IMG/VR virus record: IMGVR_UViG_3300050159_000048
Direction: 5' to 3' (one strand)
DNA: 64,000 nt
Origin: a virus
The notes beneath the pieces are model-generated. The model made no database searches and was not told where the DNA came from. It worked only from the letters and a program-made list of their open reading frames with translations. The first letter of the stretch is position 1. Each line of letters opens with the position of its first letter. The position numbers were made by a program, and so were the translations under genes. This document shows, piece after piece, positions 18,395 to 29,379 of this stretch.

Positions 18395-19450
18395 TTAGAG
18401 GCGCCGGTATTGTTGTATTAGTAGGGCGTTATCAATTTGGTCTGATTTGATGTCTGAGAGCATCTGAACAATCAAGTCATCAATCGTCGTTCCGTCTGTA
18501 TCACCCGATGCTTCAGGAACATCAACGTCCGTTTCCGTTCCGCTGATGGCTTCGACAGCATCTTTGGGCTCTTCGTATGTGAATTCACGCAATTCAAATT
18601 GCTTCATCATTAGTTCCCGTAGATTGTTTGTCTCTTCAAGTGACAATTCCTCATCTAAGACACATTTCACCCGTGACTGAGGACGTATAATAATACCTCC
18701 ATCCAGGATCTTTGACACCTTGAACCGGAGGTAAAGGGGAGCGTCCGGCCAATCTTGGAATGTTACATCGCGGATGGTATGGTCGTATACGGCCATACCT
18801 CGACTGTAATCACCAACGTCACCAAAGTCCATTGGAAATGTGTTGCCGATGTATACAATGTTGTCCTTCTGCTGTCGTTGATGGAAATGGCCTGACAGAA
18901 TGTGTTCTGGGCCCGCGAACTTTTTGTGGTCAGGTCCGTGTTGCATTACCATGCTGTAACCGGTAACGCGGAAACCTTGAAATTCGAAGTGTCCTGCCCA
19001 AAACGGTAGACTCAGATACTCGTCCAGCTTGTCGTACTCTTCGTGAAATAGATACGGACTGAAAAAGGCCCCATCCCCTATTTCTGGAATAATCGTTGGG
19101 GTATCGATCACACGAAAATTCGAAAACTCCTGGAATGGTAGGACGGAGTAGATTTCTCGCGTATGTCGATGATACAGGTCGTGATTCCCAACAACAAAGT
19201 AAACTGGTAGACCTAAGTCGTTTAGCATTTTTGCGCCAGTATACGAATACGTCAGAGTTGCTAGGTTGATGGCGCTACGGTTTTCATTCCAATCACCCAA
19301 GAACCCAACGTAATCGATCGTTGGATCGGCCCGCACTTGCTCACAAAACCACCGCAGGTGGTTTAGACAGTCTTGATTGTGTATTGGTGAGTTGGACTTC
19401 TTGCCGAAGTGGATGTCGGTAAGAAACGCACCTTTCTTCAGTTGTGTCAT
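18395..19450 (-). CDS. gp47: Recombination endonuclease subunit, Mre11/SbcD-like
   Basis: TDIHFG, LGD, GNHD and SGHFH phosphoesterase motifs. Confidence 0.95.
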   Translation of the reverse strand: MTQLKKGAFLTDIHFGKKSNSPIHNQDCLNHLRWFCEQVRADPTIDYVGFLGDWNENRSAINLATLTYSYTGAKMLNDLGLPVYFVVGNHDLYHRHTREIYSVLPFQEFSNFRVIDTPTIIPEIGDGAFFSPYLFHEEYDKLDEYLSLPFWAGHFEFQGFRVTGYSMVMQHGPDHKKFAGPEHILSGHFHQRQQKDNIVYIGNTFPMDFGDVGDYSRGMAVYDHTIRDVTFQDWPDAPLYLRFKVSKILDGGIIIRPQSRVKCVLDEELSLEETNNLRELMMKQFELREFTYEEPKDAVEAISGTETDVDVPEASGDTDGTTIDDLIVQMLSDIKSDQIDNALLIQQYRRL

Positions 19451-20061
19451 GCCAAGCTGTCCTCGCTGCTATCAGCATCATCCAGCTCAACGGCTGCCAA
19501 TTCGTCAGCCATTTCCGCAACCTCTTGGTCAATGATTTCGCGACCATTCTCATCGCGTTCGATTGGAGCATCAATGAATTGAACCTTTTGTTGGCGCTCA
19601 ATGCCAGACGAAAGAGTGTCGAAGTCTTGCTCATCTTCAATGTAGTGTCGATCACTACCATCTTCGTTGAAACCAAACGAAGGATTTAGCCCCTGTGCAA
19701 TCATCATCTTGTCGCGCAACACACGATGTTTCTTTTCGTGCTTCAGATATTGTGAGAACGAGTTCTTAATGCACTGGGTGTAGAATGCGAATGGATTGCT
19801 ACTGACTTCAGGATTGAAACTCTTCCAGGTTCGCACAATCATCATCATAGCGTACGCTTGCATGTCTTGATTGTATGAATAGCCGCTGTAACTGCCCTTC
19901 ATAGCATACCGCGAACACAGCAATTGCAGCATCTTGGCGAATGTGTTGGACATTTCGCCCTTCTCCTGCGACGCCTTGTACTCAGCTAGCAGTTCCTTAT
20001 TGTTGAGATAGATCGTACGACCGTTTTGTGTAATTGATGTGGGGTAGTTTTTGGTTGCCAT
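19447..20061 (-). CDS. gp55: Late transcription sigma factor, gp55-like (start re-assigned to ATG 20061)
   Basis: YLNNKELL, YSGYSYNQDM, FNPEVSSNPFAYFTQ-like motif (here NPFAFYTQ), acidic tail; AAGAAGG RBS; upstream of gp47/gp46 as in T4. Confidence 0.9.
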   Translation of the reverse strand: MATKNYPTSITQNGRTIYLNNKELLAEYKASQEKGEMSNTFAKMLQLLCSRYAMKGSYSGYSYNQDMQAYAMMMIVRTWKSFNPEVSSNPFAFYTQCIKNSFSQYLKHEKKHRVLRDKMMIAQGLNPSFGFNEDGSDRHYIEDEQDFDTLSSGIERQQKVQFIDAPIERDENGREIIDQEVAEMADELAAVELDDADSSEDSLA

Positions 20062-20096
20062 GTGGTTTTTAACCTTCTTGGTGAGGTTTTGAGTTG

Positions 20097-20125
20097 ATAG
20101 TACGCCAAAAAATTGGCAAGGGCAA
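20097..20125 (-). promoter_or_regulatory. sigma70-like promoter TTGCCC-17-TACTAT for gp55-gp47-gp46
   Basis: -35 at 20120-20125 and -10 at 20097-20102; directly abuts the divergent late promoter GATAAATA (20129-20136, +). Confidence 0.65.
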
Positions 20126-20163
20126 CGGGATAAATACAAAACCTAAAGAGAGTTGGTATCCGT

Positions 20164-20910
20164 ATGGCTTATGATTCAATAAACAACTACAAAGTGCGTC
20201 TAGTTCCTGTATCCAAGTGGAAGTCGGGCGACATCACCACAATCCGACAATCCGGTGTTGTGTTCGAGGCAACGCCAAACTTCACAGAATCTCGGTCTGC
20301 TGAATATGAAGCGCTTGCTCCTATTCACATGCCTGGATCAATTCAGGTGTACAAACGAACAAACTCGCGGACATTCTCAATTGGTGCACACTTACTCTCG
20401 CGCAACGTTGACGATGCGCGAACAAATATGCGCTACCTTCAACTGCTTCGTAGTTGGATGCTGCCGTACTTCGGTAAGACTGACACACTGCATGCAAACC
20501 AGCAAGCCAATCGCGACTCACGTCGCCAATCCGGTAATTCCAGCGGCCAGACCCAGGAAGAACGTATCACCAGCGAAGGTGTACAGCTGCGGGGCGCTCC
20601 GCCTGACGTTCTGTTCTTGTATGCGTATTCCGCTAACCAAGACGGTCAACGCTCTATGAGCACGCCAATCATTAACATTGCCCGTGTTCCTGTGGTGATG
20701 ACCAACTTAGAAATCACCTACCCTGAAGATGTTGATTATATTCCAGTTGCAGAGGTTGACGCGGATGGTCAACTGATCAACATGGACAAAGCACAACCAT
20801 TCCCACGTAAGATGGATGTCACAATCTCGCTGATTGAGACACACTCTCCGCGCGAGTACGAAGAATTTGACCTCTTGAGTTACAAGATGGGCAACCTAAC
20901 AGGATTCTAA
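20164..20910 (+). CDS. Baseplate/tail-tube initiator protein (gp48/gp54-like)
   Basis: TP.FTESRSAEY...H......YKRT.SR, GAPP.VL.L, VPVV.T...ITYPEDVDYI; first gene of the baseplate operon. Confidence 0.6.
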   Translation: MAYDSINNYKVRLVPVSKWKSGDITTIRQSGVVFEATPNFTESRSAEYEALAPIHMPGSIQVYKRTNSRTFSIGAHLLSRNVDDARTNMRYLQLLRSWMLPYFGKTDTLHANQQANRDSRRQSGNSSGQTQEERITSEGVQLRGAPPDVLFLYAYSANQDGQRSMSTPIINIARVPVVMTNLEITYPEDVDYIPVAEVDADGQLINMDKAQPFPRKMDVTISLIETHSPREYEEFDLLSYKMGNLTGF

Positions 20911-20911
20911 T

Positions 20912-21232
20912 ATGGCAACACGGTCAGACCAACAAAACGGCGGACGCTATCAAAAAGGTGGCACCTCAGAAGTTGTCAATGGTGGAATTCGGTGGTGGGA
21001 GCGCCGCATTTATAAGAAGTCACCTACAGACATCAAGTACACAATCCCTCGTAGGTACCAACACCGGCCGGACCTACTAGCGTATGATTTGTACGGTAAA
21101 GCGTCAATGCAGTGGTTCATTCTGCAGTATAACACAATCATTGATATCATGGACGAATTTGTAGAGGGGGCTGAAATCTATCTCCCCACAACCGCTCGTC
21201 TATACGGCGAAATCCTTTCGTCCTCAAAATAA
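20912..21232 (+). CDS. Baseplate wedge protein, gp53-like (LysM-like)
   Basis: YQHRPDLLAYDLYG....WFILQYN motif. Confidence 0.8.
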   Translation: MATRSDQQNGGRYQKGGTSEVVNGGIRWWERRIYKKSPTDIKYTIPRRYQHRPDLLAYDLYGKASMQWFILQYNTIIDIMDEFVEGAEIYLPTTARLYGEILSSSK

Positions 21233-21249
21233 CATAATCGGGACAGATA

Positions 21250-24186
21250 ATGTCAACACCCGCAAGTCGCTTAGCGAAATTCCGTTCATATAGCTACTAC
21301 CACGTCCTAGCGATGTGCGATTGTAGCCAAACTGCAGACCTTTTATCAACAAAAGCTGACGTCAATGCTTGGATGCATGCAACGGACGCCACAAAAGCAC
21401 CACCGCCAGCCAATACTTCATATGTTGGTGTTGAAGATTTGGGAATGTACGCCCCAAAACTGATCGACCCCAAGGTGGAGACGAGTGGCCGTTATGCGAT
21501 CTTGATCAATGGATCAACCGACGCGTCATATGTAATCCAACGCGCTACTTGGTCAACACTAACAGCGTCGGGTGCCGTGCCGCGCGACCGCGGCACGTCA
21601 ATTGCCGTTGAAGGCTCAATTTCTGTAGCTGAACCAAAGGGGGTTGCGTTCCTCGATCAGGTGGTTAAGTGCAGTATTGCACTCGGAGTTGACAGTTCAC
21701 AAGTTGTATACGTATTGAAGACGATCTTTGTTGGTCACCTGGATAATGGTGGTGAGGATCAATCCGCAGCCGTAATCTCGGACGTTCCGGGCCTGACTTT
21801 CATTGCGTATGACGCGACAGGATCCTTCACAGAACGTGGTGGCGAATATGAGATGATGTTTGTTGGAGCTGGTCACGGCGCCGCCCGGTTGCCACAGTAC
21901 AGCAAAGCAGTAAATTCGATGAACTTAACTGCTGGAGATAGTCTTGAGCAGACGCTCAAGAAACTGCAGGACAACATCAATGAAGGATACGACAAGTACT
22001 TTGATTGTGTGTATCAAACTGTGTCTCAGATGGAGGGTGGAGCAGAGCTAGCCAAGACGCTCCGCAAGGTGAAGTATGAGATTGAAGTAGGCCCAGATTA
22101 CAAAGATGAGACGGGTCAGATCAAGTACACAGTATCCAACCAAACAAACATCTATAAGAACGGTGCGGGCTGTAACGACAAAGCCCAAATCTCATTCCCA
22201 ACACAGACAAGCATTGAGGGTGCAATTAGCACAATCATGCAGATGTGTCCACGAGTTCAAGAAGAAGCCGCTACAGGAGATGCGTCGGATAAGATCAAAT
22301 ACGAATACAAGATCCACTCGGCGCTTGAATCACAGCCAGGCAACGACGGGTTGATGGACTACACCATCTACTACCGTGTTGAACGCTTCATTACTCCTAA
22401 GACCATTGCTGTCCAACCGGAGTTTGAAGTTCTAGCCACTACAAATGACGACCAGCTAAAGTCAGACCCCAAGTACAACATGTTGCGTCGCAACATTATT
22501 GAGTTTGACTACATGTACACCGGCCGGAACATCGACGTTCTGGAGTTTGACATGAAGGTCAACCTTGGCATGGCTTATCTGCAGACCGCTACGCTATCAA
22601 ACACATTTAAGGGCCAACGTGAACGCACCGCAAATGTGATGACACAGCCTGCTAACCAGGATTTGCAGAACGTTGGCACCAAGTTAGGTCAATTGGTGCA
22701 GACACCAGTGTTCTTCGGATCGCACATGAAGGCGCCTATGTTTGCGAACCAACAGAACGCAAGCAATGCCATTCAATCAGCGTATACGATGTCAAAACAT
22801 GCGTCCTTGGAAGTCACAGAAGCTAGCATGACGATTGTGGGCAATGATCTGTTGCTTGGGTCCGCAAATGAGACGACTTCTCCTGCTGCTATCCGGCGTG
22901 CTGCAGCACGAAATACTACTGAAACAAATACTCCAACGGAAGCTAACTTTGCGGATTGGTCATATGTCCCTGCGTTTGCCAAAGTTCGCATCAAGATGCC
23001 TCGCAATAACAATGATGTCGACCTGTTCACGGGATCAAACACAGCTGGAGCACGTGATGACTCGGTCGGGTCGACTGATTATGCGGTTGATTTTTGGTTT
23101 GACGGGTATTACTATGTGTACGGGATGGACCACATTTTTGACAATGGTGTGTTTACGCAAAAGTTGCAGATGCTTGGAATTCCGAAGCGTAGCGCTTTCG
23201 AGGCTTCGAAGACCAACGCCACTAGGAGCGTGAGCGCCCCTGCCTCAGTTGACTCGTGCTTCAACAATGCAGTTGGCTGCGGTGCTACAGGTACGGCTGG
23301 CTCTGTTTCGTCCAATCAACCAACTGTTGCTGTTCCTACGACACCTCCGTCAGGATCAACCCAACCAACTAACCGCCAAGACTCTCAGACCGTCAATTCT
23401 GGCGCTAAATCACCGTCGGATGTGCGTGGGTGGGACAGTGCTGATCCGTCGGTTCGTTCTGCTATCGTGGATGCTGCAAACCGGTACGGTGTGAATGTAG
23501 TAACACTGGCACAGTTTGCCGCGCAAGAATCCAGCATGGGTCGGAATCTCCGCGCTCCTTCGTCTTCTGCTGTTGGCTTGTTCCAATTCATCGAGAGTAC
23601 GTGGAAGTCCATGGTAAACCAAGGAAAGGTGATCGGACTATCAGACCCAAATCCTGCACTTCGCATGAACCATACATATAATGCGTATGCTGGAGCTGCG
23701 TTCTTACGTGACAACACAGCAGCAGTTAACTCAAATGAGGTTGGTGACCTGTACCTTGCACACTTTTTAGGTCCGGGTGCAGCTCGTCGAGTGGTTGACG
23801 CTGACCGCGGCGGTCGTGGTAGTGTTGATCTTGCAATAATCATGGACGGGTTGTTTAGGAACAAGACGGGTGCTGAGTGGGCTGCAGGCGTTCGTCGTGC
23901 AAACCCAACGGTTCCACTGACCAATTCAACCGAACTGCGTAACTGGGCTGCTCGGACGATGGCAAAGACTCTCAAGCAAGGCGTAGCGGTAGCCTCACAA
24001 CAAACAGCTACCCCTCCAGCATCTGCGGCTGGCGCTCCGCAAGCTTCAACAAGCGCTACCCCGCAGGTTGAACAACGCCGCACAGCTGGTCAGCCAGTGT
24101 CTGCGGTGCAAGACTGCAACACTCAAGCAGCCAAACAAGACAACAGCCCGTCGGGTTGTGGTCCACGTGCAGAAGACAAGAAATAA
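21250..24186 (+). CDS. Baseplate hub protein with a C-terminal lytic transglycosylase domain
   Basis: SYSYYHVL N-terminus; FDGYYYV...DHIFDNGVFTQKL hub end; QESS...SSAVGLFQFIESTW and LYLAHFLG SLT motifs. Confidence 0.7.
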   Translation: MSTPASRLAKFRSYSYYHVLAMCDCSQTADLLSTKADVNAWMHATDATKAPPPANTSYVGVEDLGMYAPKLIDPKVETSGRYAILINGSTDASYVIQRATWSTLTASGAVPRDRGTSIAVEGSISVAEPKGVAFLDQVVKCSIALGVDSSQVVYVLKTIFVGHLDNGGEDQSAAVISDVPGLTFIAYDATGSFTERGGEYEMMFVGAGHGAARLPQYSKAVNSMNLTAGDSLEQTLKKLQDNINEGYDKYFDCVYQTVSQMEGGAELAKTLRKVKYEIEVGPDYKDETGQIKYTVSNQTNIYKNGAGCNDKAQISFPTQTSIEGAISTIMQMCPRVQEEAATGDASDKIKYEYKIHSALESQPGNDGLMDYTIYYRVERFITPKTIAVQPEFEVLATTNDDQLKSDPKYNMLRRNIIEFDYMYTGRNIDVLEFDMKVNLGMAYLQTATLSNTFKGQRERTANVMTQPANQDLQNVGTKLGQLVQTPVFFGSHMKAPMFANQQNASNAIQSAYTMSKHASLEVTEASMTIVGNDLLLGSANETTSPAAIRRAAARNTTETNTPTEANFADWSYVPAFAKVRIKMPRNNNDVDLFTGSNTAGARDDSVGSTDYAVDFWFDGYYYVYGMDHIFDNGVFTQKLQMLGIPKRSAFEASKTNATRSVSAPASVDSCFNNAVGCGATGTAGSVSSNQPTVAVPTTPPSGSTQPTNRQDSQTVNSGAKSPSDVRGWDSADPSVRSAIVDAANRYGVNVVTLAQFAAQESSMGRNLRAPSSSAVGLFQFIESTWKSMVNQGKVIGLSDPNPALRMNHTYNAYAGAAFLRDNTAAVNSNEVGDLYLAHFLGPGAARRVVDADRGGRGSVDLAIIMDGLFRNKTGAEWAAGVRRANPTVPLTNSTELRNWAARTMAKTLKQGVAVASQQTATPPASAAGAPQASTSATPQVEQRRTAGQPVSAVQDCNTQAAKQDNSPSGCGPRAEDKK

Positions 24187-24195
24187 GAGAACAAG

Positions 24196-25632
24196 ATGGC
24201 CCGCTCAACACAACAACACGATATTTTTCAAGCTGGAGCAAACTCGTCTGATACGCTTCAGACTATCACCATTGGCATGGTTGTAGACACCAACGACCCG
24301 CAACAAATGGGTCGTGTTCGTGTAGTCTGTCCTGTTTGGGGAGATAGTTGGAATAACGTGGTGGAAGATTTGCCGTGGGCAATCTATATGTCACCGTTTG
24401 GTGGACAGGTACAGGTAGGAACGCGCGGCCCCGGCATTCAGGAGTCTGGGGGCGGTATCGCTTACGGCATGTGGGCAATTCCTAAAGTTGGCTCACAAGT
24501 AGCTGTGGTTTGTGTTGACGGTAACCCACAGACGCGGATGTATATTGGTTGCATTTACGATCAGTTCACTCCACACACAATGCCGCACGGCCGCTTCATG
24601 TACGATGACCACCCCGAGTTGGAAAAAACATCTGGGGCTCCCGCTCCGTACGGTCCGTACACGTCTGCGGAAAAGTACATTCAACCACTTGCTGACAATC
24701 AAAAGCAAGCGTTCGGTCACCAAGAGGAGCCGAATTATGAGTTCCGTACTCGTGCTGCTGACTTCTCTGTGTCGCGAGTTGACATTGCCCAAATTGATCA
24801 AACGTATAGCAAGGTGCAGGACGACAAAGATGTCACCCACGACGGTTGGACAAACACACAAGGTTACCAAGCAAGCCGCACTGACCCGCATGCACAGTCA
24901 TCCCTAACCGACAAGAACTATGATTCCATGGTAACATCTGTGGTATCTGCTGGATTCCATGCAATCTCAATGGATGACCGTCAGGAAAACTGCCGTATCC
25001 GCATCCGTACTACTTCAGGTCATCAGATTCTATTGGATGACACAAACGAGCGAATCTACATATCAACCGCTCGAGGTAATAATTGGATCGAATTGGACCA
25101 GAACGGTAACGTCGATATCTACTCTGCAAACAAGCTAAATGTACATGCGGAAAAGGAGATTAACTTTACGTCTGATGAAACCGTGCGAATCTACGGCAAA
25201 AAGGGCGTCCACATCAAGTCGGATACGGAAGTGCGTGTAGAAGCAACAGAAGATTTGCACCTGAAAGCTGGAGCAAATGTTCGTACACAGGCTGGATCTA
25301 CGTTATACCTACAATCAGGCAGCAACTTGAATGTGAAATCTGGTAGTGCTCTGAACCTACAATCAGGCGGTGCAACAAACATTCTGGCGGGTGGTGCTAT
25401 TGTTCAAACTGGCTCTGCAATTCATTTGAACGGACCTGGAGCAGGCTCCGCATCCGCTGCTGGAAGCAAATCAGCGTTGTGGACAAATCGTGTTCCAGCT
25501 CATGAACCATGGGCTCGCACAATGACTAAGTCTGACCAAACACATTCTCCTGAGTTTGGATATGCTGACTCCAGCGTTAACCGAGTAGAACGTGGCGTTG
25601 AAACAACTCGAGGAATGTTCTGGAGGCGTTGA
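24196..25632 (+). CDS. Baseplate central spike, gp5/VgrG-like (OB fold plus beta helix)
   Basis: GMVVDTNDPQQMGRVRV, RIRTTSGHQILLDD, 8-residue beta-helix repeats, RVPAHEPW. Confidence 0.85.
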   Translation: MARSTQQHDIFQAGANSSDTLQTITIGMVVDTNDPQQMGRVRVVCPVWGDSWNNVVEDLPWAIYMSPFGGQVQVGTRGPGIQESGGGIAYGMWAIPKVGSQVAVVCVDGNPQTRMYIGCIYDQFTPHTMPHGRFMYDDHPELEKTSGAPAPYGPYTSAEKYIQPLADNQKQAFGHQEEPNYEFRTRAADFSVSRVDIAQIDQTYSKVQDDKDVTHDGWTNTQGYQASRTDPHAQSSLTDKNYDSMVTSVVSAGFHAISMDDRQENCRIRIRTTSGHQILLDDTNERIYISTARGNNWIELDQNGNVDIYSANKLNVHAEKEINFTSDETVRIYGKKGVHIKSDTEVRVEATEDLHLKAGANVRTQAGSTLYLQSGSNLNVKSGSALNLQSGGATNILAGGAIVQTGSAIHLNGPGAGSASAAGSKSALWTNRVPAHEPWARTMTKSDQTHSPEFGYADSSVNRVERGVETTRGMFWRR

Positions 25633-25678
25633 TGGTGGGATGTCTCCGTAGATAAATACTGAAAACCATTGAGGCATT

Positions 25679-26062
25679 ATGATTAAAGGTCTTTACCGCG
25701 GCTACTCATCCCACGAGTACCAAAACAACAAACGATTCAACCTCACTGACGTAGAGTTGGTGAAGTTGGATCTGCTCAATCACATCTTCACTCGTCGGGG
25801 TGAACGGGTGATGATGCCTACGTTTGGTACCCGGATCCCCGACCTGCCTTTTGAACCTCTAGATCAACTGACCTTGGACGTACTAGAGGAAGACCTGCGC
25901 GCAGTATTCACCTTCGATCCAAGGGTTGAGCTACTAAAACTAAACATCATTCCACTGTATGATCAAAATGCTGTAATTGCCAGCGCTCGCCTGCAATACA
26001 TTGAGCTGAATATGGTGGACAATCTAGATATCAACCTCGTTTTTGAAGGTACTACACAATGA
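25679..26062 (+). CDS. gp25: Baseplate wedge protein, gp25-like
   Basis: LLNHIFTRRGERVMMPTFGT...FEP...DPRV; late promoter GATAAATA at 25651-25658. Confidence 0.9.
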   Translation: MIKGLYRGYSSHEYQNNKRFNLTDVELVKLDLLNHIFTRRGERVMMPTFGTRIPDLPFEPLDQLTLDVLEEDLRAVFTFDPRVELLKLNIIPLYDQNAVIASARLQYIELNMVDNLDINLVFEGTTQ

Positions 26063-29000
26063 GCCGACTAGTCGCAAGAGCCGAATCATGGGAGCGCGCG
26101 TACGAAGCATTCCAAGACATCAACTTTGCAGCGTTTGACTATGATACAGTCAAACGTAGCATCCTTGACTACGTCAAGCTACACTTTCCTGAGACATTCA
26201 ATGACTTCATTGAATCAAGTGAGTTCGTTGCAATCGTAGAAGCCTTTGCGTATATCGCTGAATTGATGGCGTATCGCATTGATGTAACCGCGCATGAAAA
26301 CTTCATTAGCACTGCTCAACGCAAGGACTCGATCCTGCGTTTGGCAAAGCTCGTATCCTACTCAGCATCACGGGCATTACCTGCACGTGGTCTGGTTAAG
26401 ATCACATCTGTATCAACCACTGAAACTGTAATTGACGCAAATGGTATCAACCTTGCGAATCGCACAATCCGTTGGAATGATACAAGCAACTCGAATTGGA
26501 AGGATCAGTTCATCCTGGTGATGAACCGCGTGTTGGAGCAAGAGTTTGGCACTGTAAGCCCAACTGATCGTTTCCAAATTCAGGACGTGTTGTTTGAAAC
26601 GTATACGTGGAATCTAACTCCGCTGTCAAACGGTGTATTCACATACACTGCAACGATCAACGGCACGGCAGCTCCGTTGGAGCTGATCCCTGTTGCGTAT
26701 GATTCCAAGCTTGGAATCATCGAACGTCGTCCTCAAAACAACACAAACTTCTCATTTGTGTACGGCCAAGATGGCCTTGGTGATGGTTCTGACACAACTG
26801 GCTTCTTTTGTTTCACAAAACAAGGTCAGCTGCAACGTTTCCGCACCACATTCGACGGAGTGACGCCAAACCAAACATATGACGTCACTGTATCAAACGT
26901 AAATGACACCGACATCTGGGTTAACGCGGTAGACGCATCAACCGGTGCAACTAAAGACGAACCGTCCTTGCTACCATATCGCCGTGAAACCCTACAAGGT
27001 AAGTCAGGTGAGTGGGTACAGGTTGACTTAGCTCACGCGCAGAACGTCATATTCAACACAAACCCACGCCGCAACAAGTACGAAATCGAAACACGTTCTG
27101 ATAACAGTGTACGCATCCTGTTTGGTGACGGTGAGTTTGCAGACGTTCCTAACGGAACCTTCGATATTTGGGTTCGTACGTCGCTTGATGCAGACATTGT
27201 TGTTCCGCAAGCCTCTGTTGTCAACACACCTGCAACGTTCACATATACTGACTCGTTTGGCCGCATCCAGACATTCACGTTCACATTCTCTTTGATCAAC
27301 TCTCTGCAGAATGCTTCTGCGTCGGAAACGATCGAACACGTTCGGGTCACAGCTCCTGCTGTGTACTACTCCCAAGACCGCATGGTTAACGGCGAAGATT
27401 ACAACGTGTATATGCTTCAGGATCCATCAATTCTGAAATTGCGTTCGCTGAACCGCACGTTTGCTGGTGATTCAAAGTTCATTCCGTGGCATGACGCCTC
27501 AACCACATATGAAAATGTGAAGATTTTCGGTGATGATGGTATTTTGTACTTCCAAAACATAGGAAACACCACAACAACGCCAATTGTTGACCTCACATCT
27601 CTGATCACGACATATATTGAGCCGCTGCTATCGTCAACTGACATCTTCCTACAGCTTGTCAGCTTGGGTGTGCCCGTTGCTTCGTACCGTCGAGTGTTTA
27701 ATGCAAACGAACGCGTTCGTATCCAAGCAGCGCTAACACCACCCCCAGTCCCTGCTAAGGCCGAGTTGTATTACAACCTGACGACGTTTGAATGGTACGC
27801 AATCAAGGAATCGGAAGATCCAGCTGTTGCCCTGGCTAGCTATGGATGGAGCTCTGGACAATTCCACACCACGCCTCTGATCATCGTCAACCAATCGTCA
27901 ATCTACGAGACTAGCTACAACGTTACTCGCAACGCTCGTCGTATGGTGTTCCAGAGTCAAACAACACAATTTTGGAACACAAATCAATCAGAGCGTGTGA
28001 TCGATTATGACACCCTTCGATCTAGCTACGATCAGGTGGTTGTCATGCAAGCCAACGTCAACTACAACCGAACCGGTGTTCTTCAACAGAACTGGAAGTT
28101 TGACGTTCTAAGCCAAGAGCTGATTGATAGCGGCACCAATGCTGGATTGCCTGACCCGCAGCGCCTGTCAGTCATTCCGTCGGATGAGAACCAAGACGGT
28201 ATTCCTGACTACCTAACAGTGGATGAAGCGGTGTATCACTACGGTGTTGCTGATATTATGATGCCTAAGTACACCACTACTGTGCCGAGCATCCCAGTTA
28301 ACGGCAGCGTTGACCTAGTGTTACCAATCCCGTACTTGTATAGTGTTGACAACTTGGTTCGTCGTCAAGACAACAATATCCAGAACCCCGCATCAATTGA
28401 CTACACGCCCGACGTTCGCCTGTACCGTAAGGTATCCGGTAGTTGGGTAGAGATTCCAAATCGCCCCGATGCCGGCATGATCTCAATTGACACATACTGG
28501 GGGGTTCCAAAGTCACAAACTCAATTTGTATGGAACAAGATTCGTCTGTACTACCCAATTGTAGCTTTGGCGGGAGGTGTTGGCTCTGAGTTGATGATTA
28601 AGGTCAACGACTACGTGTACTTTAGCCGCGCATCTCAGACAAGTGAGTGGGTGCCTGCTGACACGACCGTTGACTCAATGGCACAATATGCAAATGATGC
28701 TCTCACAGGAACCTCGTTGTGGAAGCGTCTTGAGGGCCGGTCGAACTTGAACTTTGCGTGGCTACACTACTCCCCACGTTACCACTTGGTAGACCCATCG
28801 CCGTCGAACATCATCGACACGTATGTTATCACCAAGGGGTACTACATGGCAATGAAGCGTTGGTTGGAGGATCCTCTGGCAACAGCTCCGTCAGCAGTAA
28901 CGCCACTTGAGCTGCGCACATCATACGGATACTTGCTTGATAACAAGATGATCTCCGACACAGTTGTCTTGCGCCCAGGCAATATTAAGTTGATGTTTGG

Positions 29001-29358
29001 GTCAAAAGCCACTGCGGCGATGCAGGCTACGTTCAAGGTTATCCGGTCAGCTGACAAGACACTAACCGACAACCAGATCAAGACAATCATCGTAACCACC
29101 ATTCGTAACTACTTTGATATCACGCGCTGGGAGTTCGGTGAGACGTTCTACTTCACAGAGTTGGCTGCCGCAATCCACGCAGCGCTACCTACAGAAATCT
29201 CGTCAGTTGTGTTGGTTCCAAAGTATGAATCTAACCAATTCGGCGACATGTTCCAGGTGCTGGCGCGTGAGGATGAGGTCCTGTATCCAGACATATCTGT
29301 CAGCAATGTTGAGATTGTGTCAGGATACAACTCAACGAACCTGCGACTGAATGGCTAA
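26059..29358 (+). CDS. gp6: Baseplate wedge protein, gp6-like (enlarged)
   Basis: FDYDTVK, FNDFIESSE, ENFISTAQR.DS..RLAK, ILFGDG, QDRMVNGEDY. Confidence 0.88.
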   Translation: MSRLVARAESWERAYEAFQDINFAAFDYDTVKRSILDYVKLHFPETFNDFIESSEFVAIVEAFAYIAELMAYRIDVTAHENFISTAQRKDSILRLAKLVSYSASRALPARGLVKITSVSTTETVIDANGINLANRTIRWNDTSNSNWKDQFILVMNRVLEQEFGTVSPTDRFQIQDVLFETYTWNLTPLSNGVFTYTATINGTAAPLELIPVAYDSKLGIIERRPQNNTNFSFVYGQDGLGDGSDTTGFFCFTKQGQLQRFRTTFDGVTPNQTYDVTVSNVNDTDIWVNAVDASTGATKDEPSLLPYRRETLQGKSGEWVQVDLAHAQNVIFNTNPRRNKYEIETRSDNSVRILFGDGEFADVPNGTFDIWVRTSLDADIVVPQASVVNTPATFTYTDSFGRIQTFTFTFSLINSLQNASASETIEHVRVTAPAVYYSQDRMVNGEDYNVYMLQDPSILKLRSLNRTFAGDSKFIPWHDASTTYENVKIFGDDGILYFQNIGNTTTTPIVDLTSLITTYIEPLLSSTDIFLQLVSLGVPVASYRRVFNANERVRIQAALTPPPVPAKAELYYNLTTFEWYAIKESEDPAVALASYGWSSGQFHTTPLIIVNQSSIYETSYNVTRNARRMVFQSQTTQFWNTNQSERVIDYDTLRSSYDQVVVMQANVNYNRTGVLQQNWKFDVLSQELIDSGTNAGLPDPQRLSVIPSDENQDGIPDYLTVDEAVYHYGVADIMMPKYTTTVPSIPVNGSVDLVLPIPYLYSVDNLVRRQDNNIQNPASIDYTPDVRLYRKVSGSWVEIPNRPDAGMISIDTYWGVPKSQTQFVWNKIRLYYPIVALAGGVGSELMIKVNDYVYFSRASQTSEWVPADTTVDSMAQYANDALTGTSLWKRLEGRSNLNFAWLHYSPRYHLVDPSPSNIIDTYVITKGYYMAMKRWLEDPLATAPSAVTPLELRTSYGYLLDNKMISDTVVLRPGNIKLMFGSKATAAMQATFKVIRSADKTLTDNQIKTIIVTTIRNYFDITRWEFGETFYFTELAAAIHAALPTEISSVVLVPKYESNQFGDMFQVLAREDEVLYPDISVSNVEIVSGYNSTNLRLNG

Positions 29359-29379
29359 CACCCGGTAAAAAACGTCCAA

